From positions 384,001-448,000 of the forward strand of contig CBDCZH010000010.1 of NCBI GenBank assembly GCA_965224485.1: a stretch of 64,000 nucleotides of DNA, given 5' to 3'. The notes beneath the pieces are model-generated. The model did no database searches. It was given only the letters and a program-made list of their open reading frames with translations, and had not been told where the DNA came from. Source of the stretch: Arcobacteraceae bacterium. Its GTDB lineage: Bacteria; Campylobacterota; Campylobacteria; Campylobacterales; Arcobacteraceae. Below, one piece after another: positions 28,546-42,033 of this stretch (the stretch's first letter is position 1; every line of letters begins with the position of its first letter). The translations under genes and the position numbers were made by a program.

Positions 28546-31500
28546 TTATACTATTTCTGTTCTAAAAATAATAATAAACTCTACGCCCTCGTTTTTAGCA
28601 CTCTTACAAGAGATACTTCCATTTAGCTTAGAATTAATAATAGTATAAATTATATTTAAGCCCAAACCAGAACCTCCATTTTCTCTATTAGTTGTAAAAA
28701 ATGGATCAAATATTTTACTTAAATTTTCTTCTTTTATACCCCGTCCATTATCTTTATATGTTATTTTGATTTTATCATTATCATGATTTATGCTAATAGA
28801 AATATTTCCTTTTTCTTTTTTATCAAAAGCATGTATTAGTGAATTCATAATCAAATTAGTAATAACTTGAGAAAAAGCACCAGGATAAGAGTTTATACTT
28901 AGATTTTCATCGCAAGAAAAATCAATTTTTATATCTGTTTTTTTTGTAACAGAATGAATACTTTCTAATATCTCATATAAGTATCTATTAATATTGAAAA
29001 TTCTTTTTTCTTCACTACTTTGATCAACTGCAACTTGTTTAAAACTTCTAACTAAAGAGGCAGCTTTTTCTAGGTTTTTATGAATTAATATTCCTAAGTC
29101 TTTAGAGGTATATAAATACTCTTCAAACTCTTCTTGGGACATTTCTTCATTTTTGTATTTTTTTAAAATTTCTGAAGTTAGTTCTTCAAAGTGAGTAATT
29201 CCAGTTAATCCAATTCCTACAGGAGTATTTATCTCATGTGCAACACCTGCAACAAGTCCACCTAAAGAAGCCATTTTCTCTGATTCTATTAATTTATTTT
29301 GTGCTTCTTCTAGGTTTTGGATACTTGTTTGTAACTCTTTGTTTGAATTTTCTAAGTCTTTATTACTTAGTGTTAAATCTTTTGCTCTATTTTTAATCTC
29401 TTCTTCCAAAAATTTACTTTTTGAAATATCTCTACTTATTGAATAAATTAAGTTCTTATTATTTGTTTTAATATTAACTAAAATCATATTTGCCCAAAAA
29501 ATTTCACCTGTTGTTTTTTTAGCTAACCACTCATAAGAAGAAATTCCATTTTTTAGACACTCTTTTTTTCTTTTTTCAAATACTTTGCTTGAAAGAATAT
29601 TGTTTTCTTGATATTGGGGACTTAGTTCTCCAAGTTTTCCTTCTTTTAGAGTAGTTTTATTTTTTATTTTATACATTTTTAATAAAGCAATATTACAATC
29701 AATTAGTTTATTATTCTCAATTATAGTTAAACCATCAGAGCTTCCATTAAATAAAGCCTCAAAAAGATCTTTTTGTTCTTGCATTTGGAAAGATTTCTTT
29801 TCTATATATTTTTTTGCTTTTGATAATTTTTTAAGAAAATATAAAATTATTAATAAAATTAAAACAAAAATAAATAATAATTGATAAATTATTTTATAAT
29901 TAACGGCAGTATTAATTTTATTTTGAATATATTTATCTCGAATATCTTGTTTTTGTTTATGAGATATTGAGCTTAAAACTTTGTTGATAATTGATTTAAG
30001 TTCTGGGTATTTCTCTTGTATCGAAAAGTTATGAATAAATTTATTTTCAGTTATTCCAACAATTTTTAAATTTGGAAAATATTTTTTTATATTATAAATA
30101 GCAACTTCAGTATAAGATATAAAAGCATATGCTTTTTTTTGTGAAACTAAAGCTAGGGCTTCTTTTATGGTATTAGTTTCAATAATTCTAATTTTAGGAT
30201 AGTTTTTTTGTATAAAATCATAACTTGGATAGTTTTTAGGTAAAGCTAATACCTTATCGCTAATATCGTCTATCTCATCTGCAAAACTGCCATCTTCCCT
30301 AGTTACAATAGCAAAATGAAAGTGAGAAATTTCTTTAGAGTCTAAATTATTCTTATTAGTATCTTTAAAATACTTTGTTTTTGAAAATAAATCTATTTTA
30401 AAAGTTTCAAATTTTTCTTTTATACTTGTCCATGATTTCGATTTTTCATAAACAAAAGATAAACCAGTCTCTTCTTCTATAATATTTATATAATCGTGCA
30501 TTATCCCTGATATTTCCCCCTTTTTAAGTATTGAAATAGGCTCCCAGTTTAAGGTAGAATATTTTATGATTTTATGATTTTTAATAAATTTTTTTTCTTT
30601 TTTAGTAAATCTGTTTATATTATTTTGAGATAAATTATTAGTATAAATATTTTTTATATATAAATAAGAAGATAAATTAATAAATTCTTTTATTGTAGGA
30701 ACTAAAGTATTAGCATTTATTGCTTCTTTTAAATGCTTATTATTAAAATAAACTTTAATATAACCCACTTTTCTAGGAGTATTTGAAAAATTAAAAAAAC
30801 TATCTTGTATTATATTACTTGTAAATATTTTATCATTTGACGAATAGATATTTTTGTTATTTGTAAATACTTCAATTTTATTTATATAAGATAAGGAATC
30901 AAAGACTTTAGTAATCTTTTTTATTTCACTTATATTCTCTTCTAAAATATATTTTGATAAGATAGAAGAAAGTAGGCTAGCTATTTCTACTTTTTTTTCT
31001 ATATTATTTACTAAGTATTCATCACTTATTTCCTTGTATTTTCCAGAATCTATAATTTTTTTCAAGTTTTTATTAAATATATTTCTTAGGTTTTTATTCC
31101 TAAACGCTACTTTAAACGTATTTTTATTAGGAAAAATATCATGAAAAATAAAATTACTAAGGTCTTGTTTTGATAACTTTTGTAAGTACCATTTAAATAT
31201 ATTTATATCAAGAATAATTAAATCACTTTTTTTAGCTAAAAAATCTCTAACTTGTTTTTCTTGATCTTTTTCTTCTTTATATGTTTTTATTTTTAATTTG
31301 TTTAAAGAAATATTTAAATATTTAACAGCTCCTTGAAAAGCAATGATATTCTTAGCTTCTAAATCTTTCATACTATTTATTTGCAGCTTATCTTTTGTAC
31401 GTGAAATTACAATATTATTTAAACTTATGAAATCATTTGAGTAAAAAAAACTATCTTTTTTTTCTTTTACAGTTACTGCTATATCAAAATCCTTATATTT

Positions 31501-33846
31501 ACTAAGTGCGTTTTCATTTGCTCTTAAGTTCAAATATTTTGTATTATTAATACGTATATCACTTAGTTCTAAAATATATTCAACTAAATCATATTCAATT
31601 CCTTTTAAATATGTTTTATTGAAGGTATATGGTTCTCTACCTTTTCCAAATAAAATATTTACTTTCTTTTCACTTGAAATTGGATTTAACCATTTAGAAA
31701 TAATCTCATTTTTTTCTTGACTTGAGATTGAATATAAAGATTTTTGTAAAATACTCTTTAATAATAAATCATCTTTTTTTGATAAAAAATGGACGCCTTC
31801 TGCTTCTATCTTTTTTTGAGAAATAGTTTTTTAAATTTGATATTAGAAGTTCATTTATCTTTTCTTTTATTGCGATTTGTGTTTCAAATATTGCATCAAC
31901 TTCATTGTTAATAAGCATTAATATTGATTCTTCTAAATTATTTGTTTCAATAATATTTATGTTCTTTAAGTGTTTTTTTAATAAGTCAATACTCTTATAC
32001 TCTTTTATAATAGCTACTTTTTTATAGTTTAAATCTTCTACTGAGTGAATATCATAATTATTTTGATTTACAAAAATATACTCTTTTGCCTTGAAGTAAC
32101 TCTGCGAGAAATGACCAAATTTTTCTCTTTCTTTTGTATGAAAAATTGTAGGAATAAAATCAATTTTTTTATTTTTTATTTTATTAATTAAATTAGGCCA
32201 AGAATCTTCATCTGGTATAAATTCTAAACCAGAGATATCTTCAATTTTTTTTAAAATATCGCCAACCATTCCAAGTATTTTATTGTTATTTACATATAAA
32301 ACATTTCCCCAATTATCAATCCCAGTTATGATTTTAGGAGACTTTTTAATATACATTAATTCATTTTTTGTAAAAATTGAACTTTTTTCTTTTTTCTTAA
32401 ACCATTTTTTATTTAAAGTATCTAACTGCTCTTTATTTATTGAGTTAATAGCTTTTGCATAGATATTAGTTAGTGTTTTATTGTTTTTAGAAGTACCAAT
32501 TGATAAATTCCCATACTTACTATAAACTTGATCTACTATTTTTAAATTATATTTATTAATTAATGACTTATCAACATTTGTTAAAAAACTTGCATCTGCT
32601 TTTCCTTGATTAATACTTTGAAGTACTTCTTCTAAAGTTTTTACATATATAATTTTAGTATTTAAATGCTTATCTTCTATTAGTTGATTGCTAATACTAT
32701 TTTTTAAACTAACATAAGTCTTATTTTTAATATCCTTAATTGATTTGATTATAAAATTGTCTTTTTTAATAAGAAGATTATGTTGGGAGAAATAATAAGA
32801 AGGCGAATAAGAAAAGATTTTTTCTCTTTTTAATGACCAAGATAAGCCAAAGATAGATTCATTTGTTTTCCTTAGTGAATTATCATATGCTTCTTCCCAA
32901 TTATTATAAATTTTTAGTTTTATATTAGTATTTAAGTTTTTATTTATTATTTCTAATAAATCAAGATGAAAACCTACTAATTTTTTCTCTTTATTAATAA
33001 AGCTGTATTTAGGCCACTTTTTTAACAACTGAAATTCTTATGTTTTTATTTTCTTTTAAGTATTTTCTTTCCTCGAAGTTTAAAGTGTTAGTATTTTTTA
33101 CGTTTCTAAAACTTTTATTTTTAATCCATTTCTCTTCTAACTTCATGAGTTCATTTGAAGAAATTTGATTCATTCCTTTTAAAACAATTTTTTCTAGGTT
33201 TTCATTTTTTATATTAATTCCAGCAAAAAATAAATTTTTCAAATTGAAATTATTTACTCTAATTATTCTAGAAGTATTATTTTCTTCTTTTAAATAATGT
33301 AATGTCACCAAAGATTCATTTATAAAAGCACTTACCTTTTTATTTAGAAGTGCGGGAACTAATTCTTTATATAATTTATACCTAACTCTTTTTATTTTAG
33401 GATAATGATTTTTTAAATAGTTATCGTAAAAAGAATTATTAACTACGGCAACTCTTTTATTTTTTAAGTCATCTAGTGTTTTGATTATATTCTTATTTTC
33501 TTCATTTATAAATAGTGAAGAGCTAGTATTATAAATAGGATTTAAATACTTTATATATTTCTTTCTTTCTTTATTTTTAAATAAACCCATATGGACATCT
33601 GCTTGATTATTTTTAATAGTTTCTAGACTATCCTTCCAAGAATAAGCACTAAATGATACATTAATTCTGTTTTTTTTGACCATAGTTTCCAATAATCAAT
33701 TAAAAACCTTCAATTTTATTATTAGGAGTTTGATAACTATAAGGAACTAAATCTTTTGCCACTGCTATTTTAAGAACTAATTCTTTTGCATGGAGTAAAG
33801 AGAAGAATAAAAAAAATATTAACAAAAATGCAAATCTATTATTCAT
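28546..33846 (-). pseudogene. Giant sensor histidine kinase (~5 SBP_bac_3 domains, TM, PAS, HisKA, HATPase), split by 4 single-base indels; may be intact in reality
   Basis: ORF pieces 33009-33692, 31769-33028 and 28546-31533 join by hand from ATG 33846 after correcting runs at 33702, 33670, 33018 and 31827; [17 protein letters not shown]. Confidence 0.85.
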
Positions 33847-33855
33847 AACCTTCCT

Positions 33856-36800
33856 TTATACATGTAAAATTATAATAAAATTTACTCCCTTATTAACTTC
33901 ACTAAAGCATTTAATCGTTCCTTTTAATCTAGAAGTAATAATATTATAAATTATATTTAGTCCAAGTCCAGAGCCACCATTTTCTCTATTTGTAGTAAAA
34001 AAGGGATCAAATATTTTGTTTGTTAGCTCTTTTTTTATTCCTTTTCCATTATCTTTATATATAATTCTTATTTCCTTTTTTTCTTGTTTTATATCAATAT
34101 TTATTTGTCCTTTTTCTTTATTCTCAAAGCATGAATAAGTGAATTCATAATTAAATTAGTAATTATTTGAGAATAGTATCCTGGATATGAGTTTATTTCT
34201 ATGTTTTCCTTACATGTATAAGATATATTAACATTGCTTTTTTTAGTAACAGAATGAATACTTTGTAAAATTTCATCCATATAAAGAGCTAGATTAAATA
34301 CTCTTTTCTCTTCACTACTTTGATCAACGGCAACTTGTTTAAAAGATTTAACTAGATTAGCAGCCTTATCTAAGTTTTTATGAATTAAAACACTTAAATC
34401 TTTTGATGTTTCTAATATTCTTCAAATTCATCTTGGTCCATTTTATTTTCATTATATTTACTATTTATCTCTTCTGTAATACTTTTAAAATGAGTAATAC
34501 CTGTAAGACCTATACCAATAGGTGTATTTATCTCATGGGCAACCCCTGCAACTAAAGCTCCTAAACTTGCCATTTTTTCTGATTCTACTAAGTGGTTTTT
34601 TGCTAGGTGAAGATTATTGATTGTTACTTCTAATTCCTTGTTTGCTTTTTCTAAATCTTTTGATCTTTTTAATACTTCATTTTCTAATCTTTTTCTATCA
34701 CTTATATCCCTACATACAATTTGAATAATATTTTCATCATTAATATTTAACCTTGTTGCTACAAGCTCTAAGTAAAACTTTTCTTTTTTAAACTATGTGC
34801 TGTCCAATAAAATTTAATATTCCCTTTTTCTAAGCATAAATCCAAAAGTCTTTTTATTTTAATTTTTGAATTTTCTCCATCTTCTTGTACTGTAGGAGAT
34901 TTAGAACCAGGTTCTTGAGCTAAAAAATCTTCTTTACTTTTTACGTTAAAAAGTATTAAAGCTGCTGTATTAACATCAATATATTTATAATCTTTTATTA
35001 GAAAAATTGCATCTGAAGCATCTTGAAATAAGGTTTCAAAATTTTTCTTTTGCTCTTCTAATTCAACTTGCAGTTTTTTACTTTTACTAATATCTCTGCA
35101 TAACATATGTAATACATCTTCATTATTATAATGTAACTTCGTAATTATAAATTCTAGCCAAAATTCTGTTCCATTAAAATCCTTACAAAGCCATTCAAAT
35201 CTTATAGTACCTTTTTTTATAACACTGCTGTAACTTTTCTTTCATTACATCTGTTGATCTTTGCATATTGTTTTGATAAATAGGGGACATGGTTCCAGGT
35301 TCATTTTTTAAAAAATCTTCTTTATTCTTACATTTGAAAAGTTCTAAAACAGCATTGTTTACATCTATATATTTACCATTCTTTGATAATATTACTCCAT
35401 CTTGAGTATCTAAAAAAAGAGTTTCAAACTTTTTCTTTTCTTCTTCTATTTCTTTATTTGCAAGTTTTAATTTTCTTATAAAAAAAATAACTAATAAAGA
35501 AATAACTAAAAATATACTTAAAATATAATATAAAATCCTATAGTCAATTGAAGTGTTAATATTTGTATGAATCCATTTTTCTCTAATTTTAAGTTTTTGA
35601 TCAAGCGGAATTGAATCAATTACTTTGTTTAGAATTGAATTTAAAACCTGATTGTCTTTTTTTACTAAAAAATGATGAGTATACTTATCATCTAAGACTC
35701 CTGCAATTTTTAGATTGGAATAATAGTTTTGAATATTATAAGTAGCTATTGCATAATGCATTATTGTAGCATCTGCTGTATTTTTCAAAATCTTTTCTAA
35801 AGCTTCTTCTTCTGTATCCACAAGAATAATTTTTATATTAGGATAGTTCTTTTTTATCTTTTTATATAAAGAAAAATTTTCTCTTAAAGCTAAGGTTTTT
35901 CCTTTTAATTCTGAAATATGATCTGTAAATGTTGCATTTTTATTAGATACTATTACATAATTAAATGATTCAAATTTTTTGCTTAATAAACCTCTTTTTT
36001 TATCTGCTTCGTCTTCGTTATAAGATAATAAAATATCAAGTTCTTTCTTATCAAAACTATTTATTACATCAGACCATTTTTTTTGTTTTATATGTTTAAA
36101 TTTTAAAGAAGTTTTTTTAGTTATTTCTCTTTTATAATCACTTAATAAACCATCATCATAACCTTTTTCATTAATAAAAACAAAAGGTTTCCAAGAAGTT
36201 TCTGCATATTTTAAGATTGGATTATTTTTAATATACAAAAGCTCTGCTTTTGTGAAATTAAGTATAGAAGAGCTTTTAAATTCTGGTATATTTATATATT
36301 TAGAAAGTATTTCATTCTTTTCTATATCTGAAATAGCAAAAAGTGATTTCTTTAAAATTTGATGTAATATCAAATCATCTTTTCTTGAGGCTATTTTAAG
36401 CCCAAGAGATTTTATATCGTCTTGATAAATAGTTTTTATATTATTTACCAATGCTTCTTTTATTTTGTTTTTTGCTATTATTTCTAATTCAAAAAAGGCT
36501 GATACTTCGTTGTTTTGTAATAGTTTTATTGATTCCAATAAGTTTTTAGTTTCAATAATCTTAATTTTAGGAAATTTTTCTTTAATAATATTTAAAACAG
36601 CATCAGATTTCTCAATTGCAAGTTTTTTGCCATTTAACTCTTTAAATGATTTAATAGACATATTATTTTCTTTTACAAATAAAGAGGAAGAATAGTTTAT
36701 GTATTTTTGTGTAAATAAAGCAAAGTTATCTCTTTTTTTATTTTGTACAACAGTTGGTAAAATATCAAGTTCTTTATTTTTTAGTTTTTCTAAAAGAATA

Positions 36801-38455
36801 TGCCAATCATCAGAAAAAACTTCAAATTTAAGACCTGATAATGTACTTATTTTTTTAAAAATATCACCTGCAATTCCATCAAATTTTTTTCCATCTTTAA
36901 TAAAAGAAATTGGTTTATAATTGTTCACTCCGACTTTAATAAAAGATGACTTATTTATGTAATTTAGTTCTTCTTTTGTAAAAATAGAACTTTTCTTTTT
37001 ATTAAACCATTTTTTAATTAAAACTTGCATTTGTGATTTTGAAATAGAAAGAATTGCTTTTTTTACGATTGAGCTTAATATCTTATTCTTTTTTTTTGAT
37101 CCTATATATAGTTCACCTTCTTTAACATAAATATCTTTTATATTTTTTAATCCATACTCTTTTAGTTCTTCTTCATTAATAGCCCCAATTAAAGTAACAT
37201 CAATATCTTTATTTTTAAGTGCTAAAAAAATATCCTTTTTATTTTTATAAGAACTTATTATGCTATTTGGAGCTAAACGTTTAATAGTTGAGTTTATAAT
37301 TGATTTATTTAAATAAGCTACTTTTTTATAATTAAAATCCTTAATATTTTTTATATTTTCATTTTTATTTCTTACTATTATTTTAAAAGGAGTAAAATAA
37401 TATGCAGGAGAATATGAAAATATTTCTTCTCTTTTTTTTGACCATGAAAGTGCAAAAATTCCATCACTTGAGTCTTTTAGGACACTATTATATGCATTTT
37501 CCCAAGAATTAAAAGCTTTAGTTGCAAATCTTGTTCCTAGATTTTGATTTATAATTTTAATTATATCTTGATGGAAACCAATTAATTTTTTATTAGCATC
37601 TAAATAAGAAAAATATTTCCAAGTATTTACTGTTGCTATATTTATTTTTGTTTTGGTATTTAAATAATTAACTTCTTCTTCATTTAAAATTGTATTATTT
37701 TTATGCTGTTCTAAATACCTTAAATTTTTGTTACTCACCCATTTCTCTTCAATTTTAAGTACCTCTTCTTTTGATATTTGTTCCATACCCTCTAAAACTA
37801 TCTTCTTAAGTTTTTTATTATTTTTTTTAATTGCTGCATAAAACCAATTTTTTAATTCAAAGTTTTTAATCTTATCAACAGCATTATAATCAAAATATCT
37901 TATTGTATTTGTCCATAAAAGTAAGTCATCATCTATAAAAGAAGTAATTTTTTCATTTTTAATTGCTTGATTTAAGTCATTATATGTGTTAAATGTTTTT
38001 AATTTAATCTTAGGAAAATAATTTGAAAAAAAGTCTTCATAGAAGGTACCTTTGACAAGTCCTAAATTTAAGTTTGTTAAGTCTTTTAATTCTTTAATAT
38101 TTTTATTTTTAAAAGTATAAATATTAGATTTTGTATAATATATTTTATTTAAGTACTCAAGATATTGTTCTCTTTTTTTATTTTTAAATAAACCTGAGTG
38201 AATATCAACATTTTTTGTTTTCATCTTTTCTAAATTTTCATTCCAAGTTGAAGCAACAAATTCTATTTTAAGACCAGTTTTTTTTGACCATAAATTCCAA
38301 TAGTCAATAAAAATACCTTTATTATGACCATTTTTATCTACAAAAGAATAAGGTTTCATATCTGTTGAAATAGCAATTTTTAATGTTTTAGTGTTTGAAA
38401 ATAGTTGATTTGTAAAAAATAATAAAATAAAAAGTAAATAAAATATTTTGTTCAT
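33856..38455 (-). pseudogene. Giant sensor histidine kinase (~4 SBP_bac_3 domains, TM, 2 PAS, HisKA, HATPase), split by 4 single-base indels; may be intact in reality
   Basis: ORFs 35195-38455 and 34768-35106 plus an unlisted kinase core ([11 protein letters not shown] ~34530, GSGLGL ~33970); indels near 35212, 34785, 34414 and 34126. Confidence 0.85.
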
Positions 38456-38552
38456 ATTAAACCTAAAAAATAATATATAATAATAAATATTATATATTAT
38501 TTTAAATTATTTTATATTAAAAGGGTATTAAATATTATTTTATATAAAAATA

Positions 38553-40242
38553 TTAAAAAGTATTTCTTTTAACTGCTCTTTCATGGTATTTGTAATTGTT
38601 TTTTTTATTTATATATAAATAAAATGGAACAGTATTACTCATAGATTGTTTTAATCTTTTTCTTAATGTTGAGATTTCATCTATTTTTATAAGATTAGAA
38701 CCATCATAAAGAGTAAAGTTTTTATCAACTCCAAGGGAGAAAGAAACTATTTGATAGCTTATAAATTGTTCTTCATTTTCATACTTTTTAATAAATGCAT
38801 CTAACTCTTTTTGTAGTTTAATATGTTTTTTTGCAGTTATATATCCAAAACTTTCTCTAAATTTATACCTTTGTATTTTTGTAAAATCTAAAATATTATA
38901 AAATTGGTTTAGATTTTTCCAAAGAGATTTAAATACTCTTTTACCAAATAATACTTCTTCAAAACATAATAAGTATTTTTTATCATCTTGTAATAAGATT
39001 TTTTTGTGTTTAATTGTCAAATACTCTTTTTTAAATAAAGTAATTAACCAGTTTTCATCTAAACTTGAAATAAGGTCAAGCTTTTTTTCCTTATTCTTTT
39101 GTGCAAAAACTCCCCACAACATTGATATTTGTGAGCTTAAATCTGAAGATTGTTTAGTAGATGAGAAGTATTTTTTTCCTAAATATAAAAACAACATTTT
39201 CTAATAAAGCATCAGTTTTAGCAATTCCAAAATTATGTATAACTTTTTTATAAAGATTAAACCTCATTTCTAATAAATGCTCAATATCAATTAAACCCAT
39301 ATCAAAAAAAGACAAGGTATATCTCTTTTTGTCATCTTTTACTAAAATACAATGTTTAGTTATTCTTAAATGATCAGTAGGGCCTCCAATATATCCAGAA
39401 GCTAACATATCTCTATTTATATAATCTAGCCTATCTGCATCAACAGTTGAGCTTACAAAGGTATGTAAAACAGCAAAATCAAAACCTGCATAAACTTTTT
39501 CTTCTAAAATAAGTTTTATTAATTTATGTAAGAGTTTCAAATAAGAGTGATTTTTTTCATTTTCTTCTTTTAGTTCATACTCAAATAAAATATCTATAAA
39601 TTCATTACCTATTGCTTCATGTAATACTTCTTTAGAATTTTTAGTTATCTTTTCATAAAATTCTTTAAATATTTTCTCTTTGTCATTTGTGGCATTTGTA
39701 TTTAAATATAATTTTTTTAAAGCATTTTCAACTTGATGAGAAAAAGGAAGATGTCCAACATCATGTAATAATGCTACTAGTCTTAAAGCTTGAAGTATTA
39801 TTGTATAAACATCTTTTTGTGTTTTACTTTTAAATGGAATAGAGAATTGAAAAAGTGCTTTATTATCAAAATAATTAATATTTCCACCTAAAGATATTTG
39901 TAAGTCATCTTCTTTTATTATCTGTTTCATTGCTATTTTAAGGTCTTTAAAAAATGAATTTTTAATATCTTTGTTTGCATTTAAAAAAGCATTTTTAAGC
40001 ATGTATGAACTTACATGCATTGTTCCTAAAGAGTGTATAAATCTTCTTGTTGTAATAGAAGGATAAGAAAAATATGCAAGTGCATTTTGTGTTATAAACT
40101 GCAATCTACTTAAAATTTTTGTTTGAAGTATCTTATCTTCTAGTTTTGTATACTCTATATGTTGATAAATCGTATCGTTTATTAATCTACTTTGGATTGT
40201 TTCTTGCCTCTTTTTCAAATATTCGCTCTGTAAATTCTGCAA
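38553..40242 (-). pseudogene. HD-superfamily phosphohydrolase (SAMHD1/dNTPase-like), split by one indel; may be intact in reality
   Basis: RL..ITQ, RFIHSLG, LLHDVGHLPFSH, DADRLDY..RD; one extra base in the run at 39187-39191 joins the two ORFs. Confidence 0.85.
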
Positions 40243-41575
40243 ATTTACCGCGTACTGCTTTTTCTAACTCTATTGCAAACATATTAATCTCTTTATGTTT
40301 AAAGTTAGTTTGTTTTAGCAAAGAGGTAAGTCCATTATTATATTTATTTAAGTACATATTATCAATTTGTCTATTTGAACCAATTATTATTGCCATGCAA
40401 GATTCATCTAAACGTGAGAGTAATAATTGAGTTGTATTCTCACTTGAGTTTTGCCACTCATCCATAATAACAATAGAAGAGCTAAGCGTTCTTCCTCTTG
40501 CTTCTCCTGGCCATAAAGTTTCAATGCAATACTTTGATCTAATTTCTTCTATTTTTGAATCAATTGATTCTTTATTCTCTTTATTTTCACTTTTTTTAAG
40601 ATGTTTTTTTGCAATAAACTCTAAGGTATCACTTAAAGCCATATTATAAATTCTGAATTTTTCTTCATTTCCAGCTAAGAAACCAACATCAGCTCCTTTG
40701 TCTAAAGATTCAATTGAATTTCTTACATAAATTATCTTATCATATAAACCTAAATCAATTAATCTCATAGCACAAACAATTGATATTAAAGTTTTACCAG
40801 AACCAGCTTTAGCATCTATTACTAAAACATCATAAATATTACTTAAAATTGCTTTACAAAAAAGTTTTTGTTTTAAGTTTACTGGTTTTACCTGTAATGC
40901 TTTAAAATCATTCTCTTCTAGGGTATTGATTTTATTATTATAAATAATGGCATATTTTTTATTGCCATCTTTACTTTCAAAAGAGTATGAGAAGTTTTCA
41001 TATTCATAGTTTTTATCAAAATCTTTTATATTTTTTGCATCGAGTGTATTAAACTCACTTGAATCAAGTTTGATTTTTTTTACAAATAAAAATTTTGGAA
41101 CTATAGATTTATCTTCATGTAAGGTTTCTGTTTTTATATCTTTTAATTGTGCAAATGTTCTAGCATAAACATCAAGAGATAAAAATATTATTTTACTACC
41201 TTTATAATATTCTTGCGCTGTAAGTGCTATTTCAATAATTCTTTTATCATTACTTTCACTTAAGTGTTCTTGCTCAATCTGGGCCTCATACTCATCTTTT
41301 GCAATGATATGTAAGATTAAGTCATTATTGAAGTATTTAACAACTTTATAACCATCTTTATGATCAACTTCTTTCATTTTCATTTTTGCTAATAATCTTG
41401 CAAATTCTCTTGAATAATAACCTAATTCATTTGGAAGTTTCTTTTTATCTTCTAATTCAAAAAGCACAGTTTCTGGAACTACTATAATATTACTTCGTTT
41501 ATCAGAAACTTTATAAAGGTTTTTGATATTTTGTAAAATTATATTTGTATCAATTACATAAATTTTTTCTTTCAT
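40187..41575 (-). CDS. PIN-PhoH fusion protein (PhoH2-like ATPase)
   Basis: YVIDTNI PIN start; AKAGSGKT, GFLAG, RGRTL, DEWQN, QID. Confidence 0.9.
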   Translation of the reverse strand: MKEKIYVIDTNIILQNIKNLYKVSDKRSNIIVVPETVLFELEDKKKLPNELGYYSREFARLLAKMKMKEVDHKDGYKVVKYFNNDLILHIIAKDEYEAQIEQEHLSESNDKRIIEIALTAQEYYKGSKIIFLSLDVYARTFAQLKDIKTETLHEDKSIVPKFLFVKKIKLDSSEFNTLDAKNIKDFDKNYEYENFSYSFESKDGNKKYAIIYNNKINTLEENDFKALQVKPVNLKQKLFCKAILSNIYDVLVIDAKAGSGKTLISIVCAMRLIDLGLYDKIIYVRNSIESLDKGADVGFLAGNEEKFRIYNMALSDTLEFIAKKHLKKSENKENKESIDSKIEEIRSKYCIETLWPGEARGRTLSSSIVIMDEWQNSSENTTQLLLSRLDESCMAIIIGSNRQIDNMYLNKYNNGLTSLLKQTNFKHKEINMFAIELEKAVRGKFAEFTERIFEKEARNNPK

Positions 41576-41679
41576 AAATAAAGTATGACATGAGTTAATT
41601 ACAGTTTAATTACAAAATTAAGATTATTTATCTATTTTAAATTGCAAATTGTATATAATATATTTATCATAGGAGTAAT

Positions 41680-42003
41680 ATGAAAAAGATATTTTTAATA
41701 TTATGTTTAAGTATTGTTTTATTTGCAAAAGAGGGTAGTTCTGCAAGAGGACAAACCTATTATCAATTTATTATAAAACCCATTTTAGGTTTTAATGGTG
41801 ATGTTTTTGCTAAAAAATATACACAAAAACAGTGGAAAAGTATTTTTTTACATGAAGGAAAACTATTAAAAATGATTTTCTCAAATGAAGAATTTAATAC
41901 TTTTTTAAAAAGTAAAAAATTCTTAGATATTCAATATGATTTAAAAGCATTTGCTTTAGAATATGCAAGAGACACAGGTTCAGTTGCCTCTTGTGAAGAA
42001 TAA
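41680..42003 (+). CDS. Small exported protein resembling the Campylobacterota cytochrome c-like family, but without CxxCH
   Basis: Signal peptide, RGQ.YY, FAKKYTQKQW, C-terminal EYARDTGSVASC. Confidence 0.55.
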   Translation: MKKIFLILCLSIVLFAKEGSSARGQTYYQFIIKPILGFNGDVFAKKYTQKQWKSIFLHEGKLLKMIFSNEEFNTFLKSKKFLDIQYDLKAFALEYARDTGSVASCEE

Positions 42004-42033
42004 AAAGAATCTTATTTTAAATATACAATGCTC

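Noticed and set aside
38467..38503. A/T-only inverted repeat upstream of the giant kinase gene
   Set aside because: Low complexity; a terminator or operator role cannot be told from chance
28546..40242. Programmed frameshifting or phase variation
   Set aside because: Many mixed +1 and -1 indels in short A/T runs without stimulatory structures; sequencing error is simpler
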